A stretch of 64,000 bases of DNA, taken from the NCBI GenBank assembly GCA_965603825.1, contig CBFDEM010000058.1, positions 783,424 to 847,423 of the forward strand. Reading direction: 5' to 3'. The DNA comes from Blepharisma stoltei ATCC 30299. Its lineage: Eukaryota; Protista; Ciliophora. A program made the translations under genes and the position numbers. The stretch's first letter is position 1; each line of letters begins with the position of its first letter. Shown piece by piece: positions 23,027 to 34,468 of the stretch. The notes beneath the pieces were generated by a model that was given only the letters and a program-made list of their open reading frames with translations, was not told the origin of the DNA and ran no database searches.

Positions 23027-23640
23027 TATAATTTTTTCAGGACTCAGCTGGTTTCATATTCTTTGTGAGAGGTTCTTATTACTCAATCTGGAAAAATCGA
23101 CGATTAAATGCTGAACAGAAAAATATATTTCACGACAAATCAATGATGTCTTTATTAGATTTTTTTATATGTGATTGTATAGAAAGCTTATTGCGCTGTT
23201 AAAATAGTTTAGATTTTAATCTTTTTGTCAAGCTAGAAAACCTTTATTGAGCTCAATAAATAAATAAATAATCAAAAAAATAGAAAATTTTTTTAAGAGC
23301 CACATTCATTTAATTAGCAAAAAATAAATGAAAAATTTCACGATTTTTACATCTAATTCTCAAAGAAACTGCAAAAGTGTCCTGACAAGAATTTTAGATG
23401 AGTACGACTAAGTATTATATCTACTGAATAAAGGTCCATATAAAAGGCCAAAAGTAATATAGCAAAATAGCTAGATTTTTAGCTTAATAAACTGAAAATG
23501 ATTAAATTTATGCTTCCTAGAATGTCAATTGAGCTTAAAGATTTTAATCAAAATATTTATTAGCTCAAAGCAAATGAGAAACATCTTAAAAATGGGAAAA
23601 AAGCTAAACAGTAAATGAACATGCCTTTTATAATTTTAAT

Positions 23641-25903
23641 ATGAACAAAGACACAATTCTCAGCCTAACAAAATCCACAAATATTCAAGGTCTGAAACTT
23701 TCTGTCTTATCTCACCTTGCAGATCACCCTCATCTAACAGATAATCTTATCGGTGAGCTGCAATTATCTTTATCCCATTTCATCAAGCAAGGCTACACAA
23801 CTAAAAATTTCACCGAAGTCGGGATTATTCTTGACTTAGTCACATGACTATATGAAGAAAAAAAAATTGACCTGCTTCAATGTTTATCAGTTATCGAAGA
23901 TACCTTTGAGAAGCTTGACACCTTACATATAGAAGAATTTTTCCCTCATTTAGAAAAATTAGGCGCCAAACAAATCGTATCATTTACTTTAGACTGAGGA
24001 AAAAGCGAAAACAGTGATGCTGAGGATCAACAATAGCCTTTTAAAGCGGCTAAGCAAAAGATGCCAAGCCAAATTCAGGTTTCGTGTGCAGCTGCTGCTA
24101 GCGTCTTCAATTGCATTGATTTCTGAACGGTCTGGCGTTAATTTTAAAGGAAACTTTGCAAGCAGGGCGACAAAAACCCAGATTAGCAATGATACAGTGT
24201 TTTCTTGAATCCTCAATGTTTTGAGTTTTTCACGTGATCCGATCACCCTTTTTAAGGATTCAGATAAATTTGACAGATGTTTAGAGCATATAGAAAACCT
24301 CCTGGAGCACTTCAAGACCATTAATATTGAAAAATCAAGCATGGCTTTTTATCTTCCTGAAGCCAGGCTATTTGAATTCCAAGTAAAAGACTCAGAGTTC
24401 ATATGCTTTATCGTCACTTTAATTATGCTGCTAGCTCAAACTTTAACGTCACCTGCAAACCAAGTACAAACTTCTGTGTTTATCTTAAGCGAATTACAAA
24501 AAAACAAGCTGGGATCAATTGTACTGAAATCTAAAGACATTTTAAATGAAATAAACCCACCCATACTAAAAATCATAGAATCATCACTGAATAATGAGCT
24601 ATTCTGGGTTAAGTGGAAACTAAACCAATGCCAAGCTTTTGAAAAAGAAAGCTGCATTGAAGTCCCTTCTAAACATGAAATTGAGCTTGAAGAAGGAGAA
24701 GTTGGGAATGACGAAGTCAAGACAAATAAATCTGAGCCTCTTTTTGATGAATATTTACAAGAGCCGACTATGGAGAACTACTTGGAAAGAGTTTATGCAG
24801 ATTTAGACCCTGACGAAGGGATTGAAGAAGAATATAAATGCAAAAAAGACCCTGTCTACTCTTGGAGACTATTAAGGCTAGTTTCTCAAAATAGAATTGA
24901 TATTTTTGGCAGGCTGGATAATATTGATGTAGAAAAAGTTGCCATTGAAATCAAAAAAGATGCAGGAGAATGGGTAGAGCCAGAGGAAAATGGAGAAAAA
25001 GAAGGAAGCAATATTGATATTGTAGATGAAATTATGGAAGAGTCAAATAATGGATTTTCAGAAGAAAAAGAAAATGAGGAAATGATAAAAGGAGTTGAAA
25101 GTGAAGGGTTTGAGGAAGGAGAAGAATTAAAAGATGAAGAAAATGATGAAGAGGAAGGAATGGAATTAGAAAAAGAGGTAAAAGAAAAAGTTGAAAAAAT
25201 TGAGAGCAAAAGAGAAGGGATGGAATTAGAAAAAGAGATAAAAGAAAAAGCTGAAATAATTGAGAACAAAAGAGAAGGGATGGAATTAGAAAAAGAGATA
25301 AAAGAAAAAGATGAAAAAATTGAGAACAGAAGAGAAGGGATGGAATTAGAAAAAGAGATAAAAGAAAAAGCTGAAATAATTGGGAACAAAAGAGAAGGGA
25401 TGAAATTAGAAAAAGAGATAAAAGAAAAAGATGAACAAATTGAGAACAGAAGAGAAGGGATGGAATTAGAAAAAGAGATAAAAGAAAAAGCTGAAAAAAT
25501 TGAGGACAAAAAAGAAGAGATAGAAATTCATGATATAATTGAAATAGAAGATAGGAAAATAAATGAGAATGCTGAAAAAATCACGAGCAAAAGAGAGGTT
25601 ATAGAAATTCATAGCTCTCCAAGAAAGTCGCCTAAAATGGATGAAGAGAAAACAAAAACTGAAGAAAAAGAAAAAATTATAAGCAAAAAAGAAATTTATA
25701 TATCTTCAAGAAAGTCACCTAAGAGAGAGGAAAAAATAAGAGAATCAGAACAATTCAAAAAAAATGCAAAGGAGATACAAGATTTTTCAAGAAAATCACC
25801 TAAGAAAGAGGAAAAAGAAGTCGAAAAAATCCCAATCAAAAGAGAAGGGAAAGAAATTCATGATTCTCCCAGAAAATCACCCAAAATTGACAAGTCTTCA
25901 TAA
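23641..25903 (+). CDS. THOC1: THO complex subunit 1 (Hpr1/THOC1) with repetitive acidic tail; one 16-nt intron
   Basis: VMLRINNSLLKRLSK...FRFRVQLLLA...ERSGVNFKGNF, LNNELFWVKWK..C..FEK and YSWRLLRLVS are THOC1 motifs. TGA 23845 and 24206 = Trp. Confidence 0.85.
23977..23992 (+). other. 16-nt intron GTATCATTTACTTTAG
   Basis: Removal corrects the frame between the THOC1 exons (QI|TEEKAKTVMLR). Confidence 0.85.
25154..25513 (+). repeat. Coding minisatellite, 6 x 60 nt (EGMELEKEIKEKAEIIENKR)
   Basis: Near-identical 60-nt units at exact periodicity. Confidence 0.95.
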
Positions 25904-25935
25904 TTTTCATAAATTAATCCCATGATTTTTTAAAT

Positions 25936-27996
25936 TTACAAATAATCTCTTTCTTCAGTTCTCCTCGTTTCTCTTTCCCATGTCTTTTCGTCTGACTGCT
26001 GCCTTGACATTTCTGGCTGTTTTACTATCATTGATTTCAGCACACTTTTAATCGGCCCAATTGTTGACTGTTTTTCATTTATCAGCTCAATTGCCATATT
26101 TACATTAAGGCATGGGATCCCTTCGTCTACTACATCAATTACTGTGTCTTCGTCAAATCCCAGCCTGACTACGTCTTCAATAAACTGATTCCTCATATTT
26201 TTCAATAGCATGCTGCTAGGGTGCGGATTTTTAGGAGACGGCAGCATCATTCTTTGAGAATTTATTTGGTTTTGACCTCTTGCACTTCCAATGGTGTCTA
26301 GAACCTCAGTTTTTGAAGGAGGATTTGGCTTGATGCCTTTATTTTTCATATACCCGATCATCTGTTTAGGAATTTCAAACAGCACCTCTTTAGCAAGCTC
26401 ATGTGGCATTCCTTTAAACTGGCTAAAAGGGACGAACTGAACTATATCCCTTTCCATCCCGCGATTCTGTTTTTTAGAAAACAGCGGATTTGAGTCAGCA
26501 TCCAAAAATTCCATGACTGTAAAGTCCTCGTGGCCAATCCCCACAATAATGATGCTAAAAGGCAAAAAACTCCCTGACACAATTTCGTCTACTGTGCTTT
26601 CAACGTCATTAATAATCCCATCAGTCAGTATTAAAAGGATAAAATATTGTTGGGCTTCTTGGGAAACTTGGACACTTGAAGCGTAATCTGAAGCTGTTTT
26701 GATAAGTTCATGAAAAATGGTAGGGCCGTGGAAAATGATGGAATTTATGGTAGACTTGTAGACGTTTAAGACGCCATCAATGCCAGTGACTTCTGGGTCG
26801 AAAATATTTTTGTTAAGGGCAAAACAGTGGGAGACTATGTCAAAATATGGAGGAAGACGAGCACCAAAGCCATAGGCAGGGATACGCTTATCGGAGTCGT
26901 AGTATTGTAAGATGTCGCCGACTGCTTTGATAGCTTGAACGTACTCGTTAGGGTTTTCAGTCGAAAAGTAATGGAGGGAGTTTGGTGAGGTTGGGACGCC
27001 ATTGGATTTTGTAAAGTCAATTCCTATGATGAGAGAAATTTCACAGCCGCCAAAGACATAGTCTAAAAATGTGCAAACTTCTTGGTAAATGAATCGATTT
27101 AATTTAAGAATTCCTATAGGCTTTCCGTTATTTCTAATAGTGGTTTCAAAGTTTCCATTAGTTTTCAGCTCTTCTAGGGTAAATTCGCTTTTTCCAAGAA
27201 ATTTGTGCACAAGCATTTTATCAATTTTATAAACTCCTACAGTGACAGGCTTTCTTTCATCTCCTTTACATAGACGATTTATAGTCAATTCAAACTGCTC
27301 TCAGACCCTCGGGATTTTCGCAAGACCTTCAGTTTGATATATACAAACTTCGTTATTTTCAGTAATTCTTGATAACTTTAAGATCAAATGTCCTTTGATT
27401 TTTTGATTGATAAATTCCCACTGCATTTTGATGCGATGTTTCAGTCTACTCATTTCTTCACTGGAAACTGAAATGGTTCCACCGTTTTCTGTCCTTACGT
27501 TAGAGTTGATAAGATCTCTTGTAATAGAATGCGAAGGAGAGCACACAAGTTCATGAATATTAAACTTGGCTGAGCCTATCTGTGTTTGCCACTTGAGGCT
27601 TTTGGAATCTTGCGAATAATTGATATTGTAAATATCAAAGCGAAATCGCAGCTGCTTTTCAAATGAGTAAGAAATTTTGAAAGATTTGATAAAAGAAGGA
27701 TTTAGATTATTTCTTTGAATTTCTGTGCGACCTTTTTCTACTCAGTTTCCGATACCATCATCTATATAAAATACAGCAGTAGGGTCTACGGTTACGCCTT
27801 TACCAGCAAAAAGGTTATTGCAGGATACAGAAAGCTCAACAGCTGAGACAAGGTCAAAATCTTCATCTTGGGCACGGATGGGAAGCTCAGCAATTTCTTC
27901 GATTTCGCTGTCTTCGTCTGGATTTGGTTTGTGAGTCAAATGGATGCTGCCTGAAACAACTGAGCCAGGGGATCTTCTGCTAGTCACACATCCCAT
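25936..27996 (-). CDS. Copine (C2-C2-vWA), 686 aa, MGC N-terminus
   Basis: AVELSVSCNNL, GRTE, IGIDFTKSNG.P..SLH, YDSDKRIPAYGFGA, LLILTDG, RDIVQFVPF. TGA 27742 and 27301 = Trp. Confidence 0.92.
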
Positions 27997-28268
27997 AAAT
28001 TGCAATTTTACTTATTCAAAATTATTAATTGTACAACTTATCAGATTGTGCATTATAGAATCGCTGCTTAAATAGTCATATTTAAGATCATTTGAAGCAA
28101 CAAAACTTAAAGCATAGCTCATTCGCTTATTCTCAATTAAAAATATGAATATAATTTTGTTCATTTATGTCTGAAATTGTTTGAATTTCTCACAGTTTCA
28201 GCTGTGATCTGTATACAAAGAAATAAAATTAAATAAAAATAGATCTTTAAAAACAAGATAGCATTAAA

Positions 28269-28610
28269 TTAAGTGCGATCAATAGACTGGCTGCCACGTT
28301 TATCTTCCAAATGCTTTTCATTTAAAAGCTGTTCAATTCTCTCATTTTTCCTATTGATGTCTTGGCAGAGCTCTTGAATAATTTGATCCTTTTCTTCAAT
28401 TTTACGAGTCATACCTTGGCAGAGCTCTTGAATCATTTCAATTTTCCGAGTCATCTCTTCAATTTTCCGAGTCATCTCTTCAATTTTCCAAGTCATCTCT
28501 TCAATTTTTCGATTTTTTTCCTCAATTTCTTTTCCTTTTTTTTTCAGAAGCTCTCTAAGATGCTGTAAATCTGATATCAAGGCCAATTGCTCTGAAGCTT
28601 CTTTTGTCAT
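28269..28610 (-). CDS. Small coiled-coil protein with 21-nt (KIEEMTR) repeats; possibly the 3' part of a longer or decayed gene
   Basis: 113-aa ORF with heptad repeats. Confidence 0.5.
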   Translation of the reverse strand: MTKEASEQLALISDLQHLRELLKKKGKEIEEKNRKIEEMTWKIEEMTRKIEEMTRKIEMIQELCQGMTRKIEEKDQIIQELCQDINRKNERIEQLLNEKHLEDKRGSQSIDRT

Positions 28611-29471
28611 ATTTATATTATATATTGGACATAGATTTAAGCTTCCAACCCCCTTCAGAATATTTGACTATTTAATATTTTTGTTTTGAATAGCACCCTT
28701 TATTAGAGCTTTAAAATAAATTTAAATTATTTCTACCAAAAGGGTAACTTCTTTAACTTCATCTCAAGACATGCCAAGAGGCTGGTTTGATTCCGCTGAA
28801 TTTTCAATTTCTTCTTCTCCTAAGTTTGGGATGAGAGGACTTAAAGGAGGCAATAGCGGAGCGGCTTGCTGTTGAAGATTACTCGAGTTTATGCTCGGAT
28901 TTGACATTAATATTTTACAATTAGCTTTTTGGCTCGTTAAAAAATGGACCAAAAATAGTGTAGGCTTTAGCAATAAGTTAAAGTATGGTATAGCAAAAGC
29001 CTAAAATTTTTAGTTTTATTTTATTTAAAATCAATAAATAATAGAAATATATTGATAGACAGATTACTTGCAAATTCATGAGTTCAAAATTTCATATTGT
29101 ATTTTGGCTAACTTTTTCTCCATAAATCCACATTGGCAGCTTTTAATCCTTGCTGTCAGTTCATGTTTAAATCTTCGAAATATGCAACTTTCATATAATT
29201 TAACTATAAACTAATTAATGCTATTGGCCTGTAATTTTCAGGTTTTGATTAATCACCATTTTTAAAAATTGAAACGATTAGGCTCGATTTTGCTTTCCTG
29301 CACTTTTATTTTTAGTTCAGCTTCTAAATGTCATTCTATAATATTGTTGAATTCATCAGGAAAATGGTAATTAGAAATGACATCGGGCCTGAGCATTTAT
29401 TTGGATTAAGTAATAACTATTTTCTCTAATTTCTTCAATAAAAATTTTCTGTGAAAGAATATAAAATCCTA

Positions 29472-30549
29472 TTCATGAATATTAAACTTGGCTGAGCCTA
29501 TCTGTGTTTGCCACTTAAGGCTTTTGGAATATTTGAATAATTGATATTGTAAACATCAAAGCGAAATCGCAGCTGCTTTTCAAATGAGTAAGAAATTTTG
29601 AAAGATTTGATAAAAGAAGGATTCAAATTTTTCTTTGAATTTCTGTGCGACCTTTTTCTGCTTAGTTTCCGATACCATCATCTATATAAAATACAGCAGT
29701 AGGGTCTAAAAGTTATGCCTTTGCCAGCAAAAAGGTTATTGCAGGATACAGAAAGCTCAACAGCTGAGACAAGGTCAAAATCTTCATCTTGGGCACGGAT
29801 GGGAAGCTCAGCAATTTCTTCGATTTCGCTGTCTTCGCCTGGATTGGGTTTGTAATTCAAATGGATGCTGCCTGAAACAACTGAGCCAGGGGATCTTCTG
29901 CTAGTCACACATCCCATAAATTACAATTTTACTTATTCAAAATTATTAATTCTGCAACTTATCAGATTGTGCATTATAGAATCGCTGCTTAAATAGTCAT
30001 ATTTAAGATCATTTGAAGCAACAAAACTTAAAGCATAGCTCATTTGCTAAATCGCCAATAAAAAATATTTCTGAAATTTTCTATGTCTCAAGGTCTCAGA
30101 ATATCTGTATAAAAAAAATAAAAATTAAAAAAAATAGATCTTTAAATAAACAAAATAACATAAAATCAAACATAATCAATAGATTGACTGGAGCTTTTAT
30201 CTTCCTAATGCCTTTCTTTAAAGGTATTCAATACTCTCATTTTTTTGATTTATATTTTGGTAGAGTTCTTGAATTATTTGATCCTTTTCTTTAATATGTT
30301 GGTAGAGTTCTTCGATTTCCCGATTCTTTTCTTCAATTTCTTTTTCCTTGCTCTTCAAAAACTCCCCAAGACGGTGCAAATCTGCAATTAAGGCCAATTG
30401 CTGTGAAGCTTCTCATATTAATATTATATATTGGACATAAATAAAGTTTAAAAGCCCCTTCAACATTTTTTTGGGTTTTAGAATAACATCCTTATTAGAA
30501 CTTCTTAAATTATTTCTACCAAAAGGATAACTTCTTTGACATCATCTCT
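29472..30549 (-). pseudogene. Decayed duplicate of 27550-28765 (copine 5' end, promoter and coiled-coil ORF)
   Basis: Long near-identical stretches. There is a +1 frameshift near 29708, and the Trp TGA of the parent is TAA in the copy (about 29662). Confidence 0.9.
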
Positions 30550-30644
30550 AGTTTATTTAAAGAATAAAATTATTTTAATAGTTTCATTATTTGCTAAAAA
30601 ATAAATAGATTGAGGGGCTTTATAAAAATCAGATCATAATTTTA

Positions 30645-31046
30645 ATGAGCTTACTTGAAGAAGCAGCAAAATTCAATCGCGCCCAAGCTTTCAGACTAAT
30701 TGATGATTATAACACTAATCTAAATTTTAGCGATTTCAGCTTATTTTACTTAGATAAACCTGAAGATGTAAAAAGATGAAAATGGACTATTTTAAGTAGT
30801 CCTGATTTAGAGTTAGAAACGAAGCTAAATCTCGCAACTTATGTTGATGAGCAATATTCAACCACCAAAGGATTGAGGTTTGCTTTTAAACAAACCCTAA
30901 TAAACACTGCATTCTCTTATGGAGCTATAGCCTTCACAGTTACTCTTATGCTATCTGTTTATGTGTCTGAGTCAATAAAAGCCTTATTTTATTGTCCGGT
31001 TTCACTTATGATTTTCATTATCGGTATTTTGTACAATTATAATTAA
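30645..31046 (+). CDS. 133-aa hypothetical protein with two C-terminal TM helices (absent from the ORF track)
   Basis: MSLLEEAAKF...KR-W(TGA)-KWTIL...AFSYGAIAFTVTLML...LMIFIIGILYNYN-TAA. Confidence 0.65.
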
Positions 31047-31069
31047 TACATTTAATGCAATAATAACCT

Positions 31070-31665
31070 TGATAAATAAAATTATTGTTAGAGGGAAAGC
31101 TATTGTCATAGAATATTAAATAATTGTTAAAATCAATAGGATTTCTTTCTTTTAGATCAGTTTCCATACAAAATGTATTTTCCCCTTCACTAAGTTTACT
31201 AACTGTATATACTGCTGATTCTCATCAAAACATTAGTTTAAAATCTCCAAATCTTTATTCTGATCATCTTTTCATGAACTCATCATAAAAAAGGACTTTA
31301 ATCTTATAGTTTAGGCTGGCTAGCATATGTAGAACAGTCATTTCTTTGTCGCATTATGTTCTTCGAGGGTGGCATCTTTAAGACAAAATAAAAAGCGAAA
31401 CTAGCTCAATACATTTTTATTTAAATACTTCTTTTCAACTCCACCTCCTACTAACCCAAATTTATGCAATGTATTTGCAATTGACATTAGTTTTCTGTGA
31501 TTGTTTCAATAAAATCATCGTTTTTCTTTGATAGCGTCTCATATATATTATAAACTTTTTCAGAGGTATTTCGGAGTATAACGCCGATCTTAAATAATAT
31601 AATTATATTAAATTATTTTGGTAATATTTAATTAATAAGAAACAAGGGGACAAATTTTATTGTAA
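31070..31665 (-). pseudogene. Decayed tandem copy of the 31996-32547 gene and its upstream region
   Basis: Shared blocks (TCTGATCATCTTTTCATGAACTCATCAT; GCCGATCTTAAATAATA; ACAAGGGGACAAATTT) with indels and a lost ATG. Confidence 0.85.
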
Positions 31666-31995
31666 ATTAGAAACCCAGCTTTTCTAATAATGACTGTAGG
31701 TTTATTAAACTAATATTTTAGTACTTTTTAATAAAATATATAAGCTAAATATTATGATATCTACTATCCATATCATAGAAAAGCAGAAGCCTATCATGAT
31801 TATATAGAAGAATTGAATGCAATTTAGGGCAAATAGAGCAGCATGTTAACAAGTTGTAAAAAGCATAAAAATCATTAGAAGATGAATACTCAGAGATTTA
31901 TGTGATAAGAGTAGAGGGAAGTAAAAGAAAACAATGAAAAATTTTTATCAGAAATTTGGAAATGTTTCAACAATGTTTTTATCTTTTGCAAAATA

Positions 31996-32547
31996 TTAAT
32001 TAATATCAAGTAAATTATTGTCAGAGGGGAATCTATTGCCATAAGAATCTATATAAGTTTTAAAATCAATAGAATTTCTTTCTTTTAATTCTGCTTCCAA
32101 AAAAACGGGAGTTTCTCCTCTAATAAGTCTACTAACTGTATATACTGCTGATTTTCTGTAAAACATTATTTCAAAATCTCCAAAGCTTCATTCTGATCAT
32201 CTTTTCATGAACTCATCATCAAAAAGGTCTTTAATATTGTAGTTTAGGCAGGTTAGCATATAAAGAACAGCCATTTCTTCATCGCATTCTCTTGTTTGAG
32301 GGTAACATCTTAAAGACAAAATAAAAAGCGAAGCTAGCTCAATACACTTTTGTTTAAATACTTCTTTTTCAACTCCACCTCCTACTAACCCAAAATTATA
32401 CAATGTATCCGCAAGTGACATTAGTTTTCTGTGATTGTTTTCAATAAAATCATCGTTTTTCTTTGATAGCGTCTCGTCTACATTATAAACTTTTTCAGAA
32501 GTATTTTGGAGTCCGAGGTATTGTAATGCCGATCTTAAATAATACAT
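31996..32547 (-). CDS. 183-aa hypothetical protein
   Basis: The track ORF extends through TGA 32197 and a second TGA (KR-W-SE-W-SFG) to TAA 31996. Confidence 0.7.
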
Positions 32548-32639
32548 TTATATTAAATTATTTTGGCAATATTTAATTAATAATTGAGACAAGGGGACAA
32601 ATTTCATTGCAAATTGAAAAAGGATTTGGGCTTTTATCA

Positions 32640-33420
32640 CTATTAACCTGAAACAAATGCAATAACCATCTATACGTACACGACAGAGAATCGTCCCTAT
32701 TTAAGATGTAGCGTATGCAACATCACATTCTCGATAGCAAGAAGATCTTTCTTTAACGACATGATAGTCCTATAAATAAAATTCTAAAGTTGATATTTTT
32801 GCATTTCGTCAAGGGGAAAAGGAAACAACTGCTGGTGAAGAATTGGAATTAAATTCCAGTACAGTTTCTACCACTTTTAGAAGACTTAGAAGCATTACGA
32901 ACTCATATAGATAATTCCTATTACAATGATGAACAGTTGAGCTACGAAAATAAATATGGAGAGAATCATCCAACAGTTGAAATTGACGAGAAAAAGTAAT
33001 ATCATTAAATGGGAAACTATTGAATCTTTGGGGTTATTGATAGGGCGAGTTTGAGATTCAGAATGCTCTTTGCTGGAAATGACAGAACCTGGAACCAGCT
33101 TAGTTACTTAATTCAGCTTGCAATTTATAACTATCCCAAAATCCCACAGAATTTTTTTTCTTCAGATGGATGAGCTCCATATAAAAAGAATTCAAACATT
33201 AGAATATAGACATACTGTCGTGAATCACAATTGCTCATTTGGATTAGGCCGCTTGACCATGAATCGATAGAGAACTTATGGTCAAGTCTTAAGAGACTCC
33301 CAACGTTTGTGCATAATTTCAGAGTTATAGATGAAGATAGCTTGGAGGATTATGTGTTCTACTTTCAGTGGCTATTAGAATGCAACAGCAAGCTGAAATT
33401 GCAATTCAAATTAGTGTTAC
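32640..33420 (+). mobile_element. Merlin/IS1595-family (DDE_Tnp_IS1595) transposase fossil
   Basis: Ordered motifs across frameshifts and stops: KCNN..LRCSVCNITFSIARRSFF (Zn ribbon), TVEIDE (32976), W(TGA)IFGVIDR, NDRT..L..LI, SDGW(TGA)APY, YRHTVVNH, IENLWSSLKR, LEDYVFYFQW. Confidence 0.85.
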
Positions 33421-34208
33421 ATTAAATTATTTTCGCTTTTTCTTCGACGATGACCTTTAATTGATTTTTGTTTAAAAATAGCACTTTCTTCTGGGTATTT
33501 CGAGATAGCCTTTGAAATACAAGCATTGTATGGAGTATCTTGCATTATAAAGCAACCAAATTCGTTGTGTGCTTTACTAGATGCAGTGCTTATCATATCT
33601 TCTCTGCCAAATAAATCTGACTCAATGCTTCCTTCCTTATTCATACTCTCTAACAGTAAATATTTTATTTTCTTCAAGTTTTCTGCCTTCATGTGCTTAC
33701 TTTTCTCATCTTCTTTTTCAATCATATGGATTATATTTTGAAATTCCAAAGTCTCCTTATTAGAATTTTCTTCATCTTCACTTTCTTGACTGACTAATCT
33801 GGGCTCTTCTATTTTTTCTTCTATTTCTCTAAGATGTGTAAGATTTATTTCTCCGCTGTGTTTAGCTGTTTTTACTGGGGATTTCGTCTTATGACTCTGA
33901 TCTGTGTCGATTTCCAGATTTTTGTAAGAAAGGGCTGAAAAGTATGCTTGATTTCCAGAAATCGTGCGCTTGTGACTGGGCTTGGGGTGCTTTGGAAGAG
34001 GAGGCTTCAACGAAAACTCATCCATAGAATAATTACTTCTATGAGATGGGCTTCGCTTTGGCTCAGTGAATATGAGTCTTGATTCCTGCTTATTTGGGAG
34101 TTGCAAAAATTGTGAATTTTCGTATTGGTCTGGTGAATATCTGGATTCTGGTGTAAGGTTGTATGGTCTGTCTTTGGGAGTGATTATAGCTGGGTTATGA
34201 GATCTCAT
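33417..34208 (-). CDS. Hypothetical low-complexity protein
   Basis: Stop-free ORF from ATG 34208 (MRSHNP) to TAA. Confidence 0.65.
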   Translation of the reverse strand: MRSHNPAIITPKDRPYNLTPESRYSPDQYENSQFLQLPNKQESRLIFTEPKRSPSHRSNYSMDEFSLKPPLPKHPKPSHKRTISGNQAYFSALSYKNLEIDTDQSHKTKSPVKTAKHSGEINLTHLREIEEKIEEPRLVSQESEDEENSNKETLEFQNIIHMIEKEDEKSKHMKAENLKKIKYLLLESMNKEGSIESDLFGREDMISTASSKAHNEFGCFIMQDTPYNACISKAISKYPEESAIFKQKSIKGHRRRKSENNLM

Positions 34209-34468
34209 TTTATTATTAGAAGTCAAATTTTACACGAAAATGGTGGAATTAACAAGGAATTAATACAACTTGTGGGAAATTTTGCTTTAATATTTCCAAA
34301 TTTAATCTAAAATTGAATATAGAAATTGGGGCATATAAAAAGGATCTGATTTGCCACAACATATGAAAAAAGACTCAGAATATTTGAAATTGAAAAATAA
34401 ATCAATACTAAATCAAGATATTATCAAAAAGAGAGTAATTATAAAGAAAATAATTTGTGAAAGAAATG

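Noticed and set aside
19050-23600. Search for tRNA/snoRNA genes or retained TA-bounded IESs in the long AT-rich spacers
   Set aside because: No cloverleaf, convincing C/D box pair or TIR was found by eye. IESs cannot be called without MIC/MAC comparison.
24886-25509. 207-aa - strand hydrophobic repeat ORF, and a possible CRISPR-like reading of the 60-nt repeats
   Set aside because: Antisense of the THOC1 coding minisatellite. There are no unique spacers and the context is eukaryotic.
28764-28973. Short ORF possibly spliced to 28269-28610
   Set aside because: No canonical 15/16-nt intron could be placed to join them.
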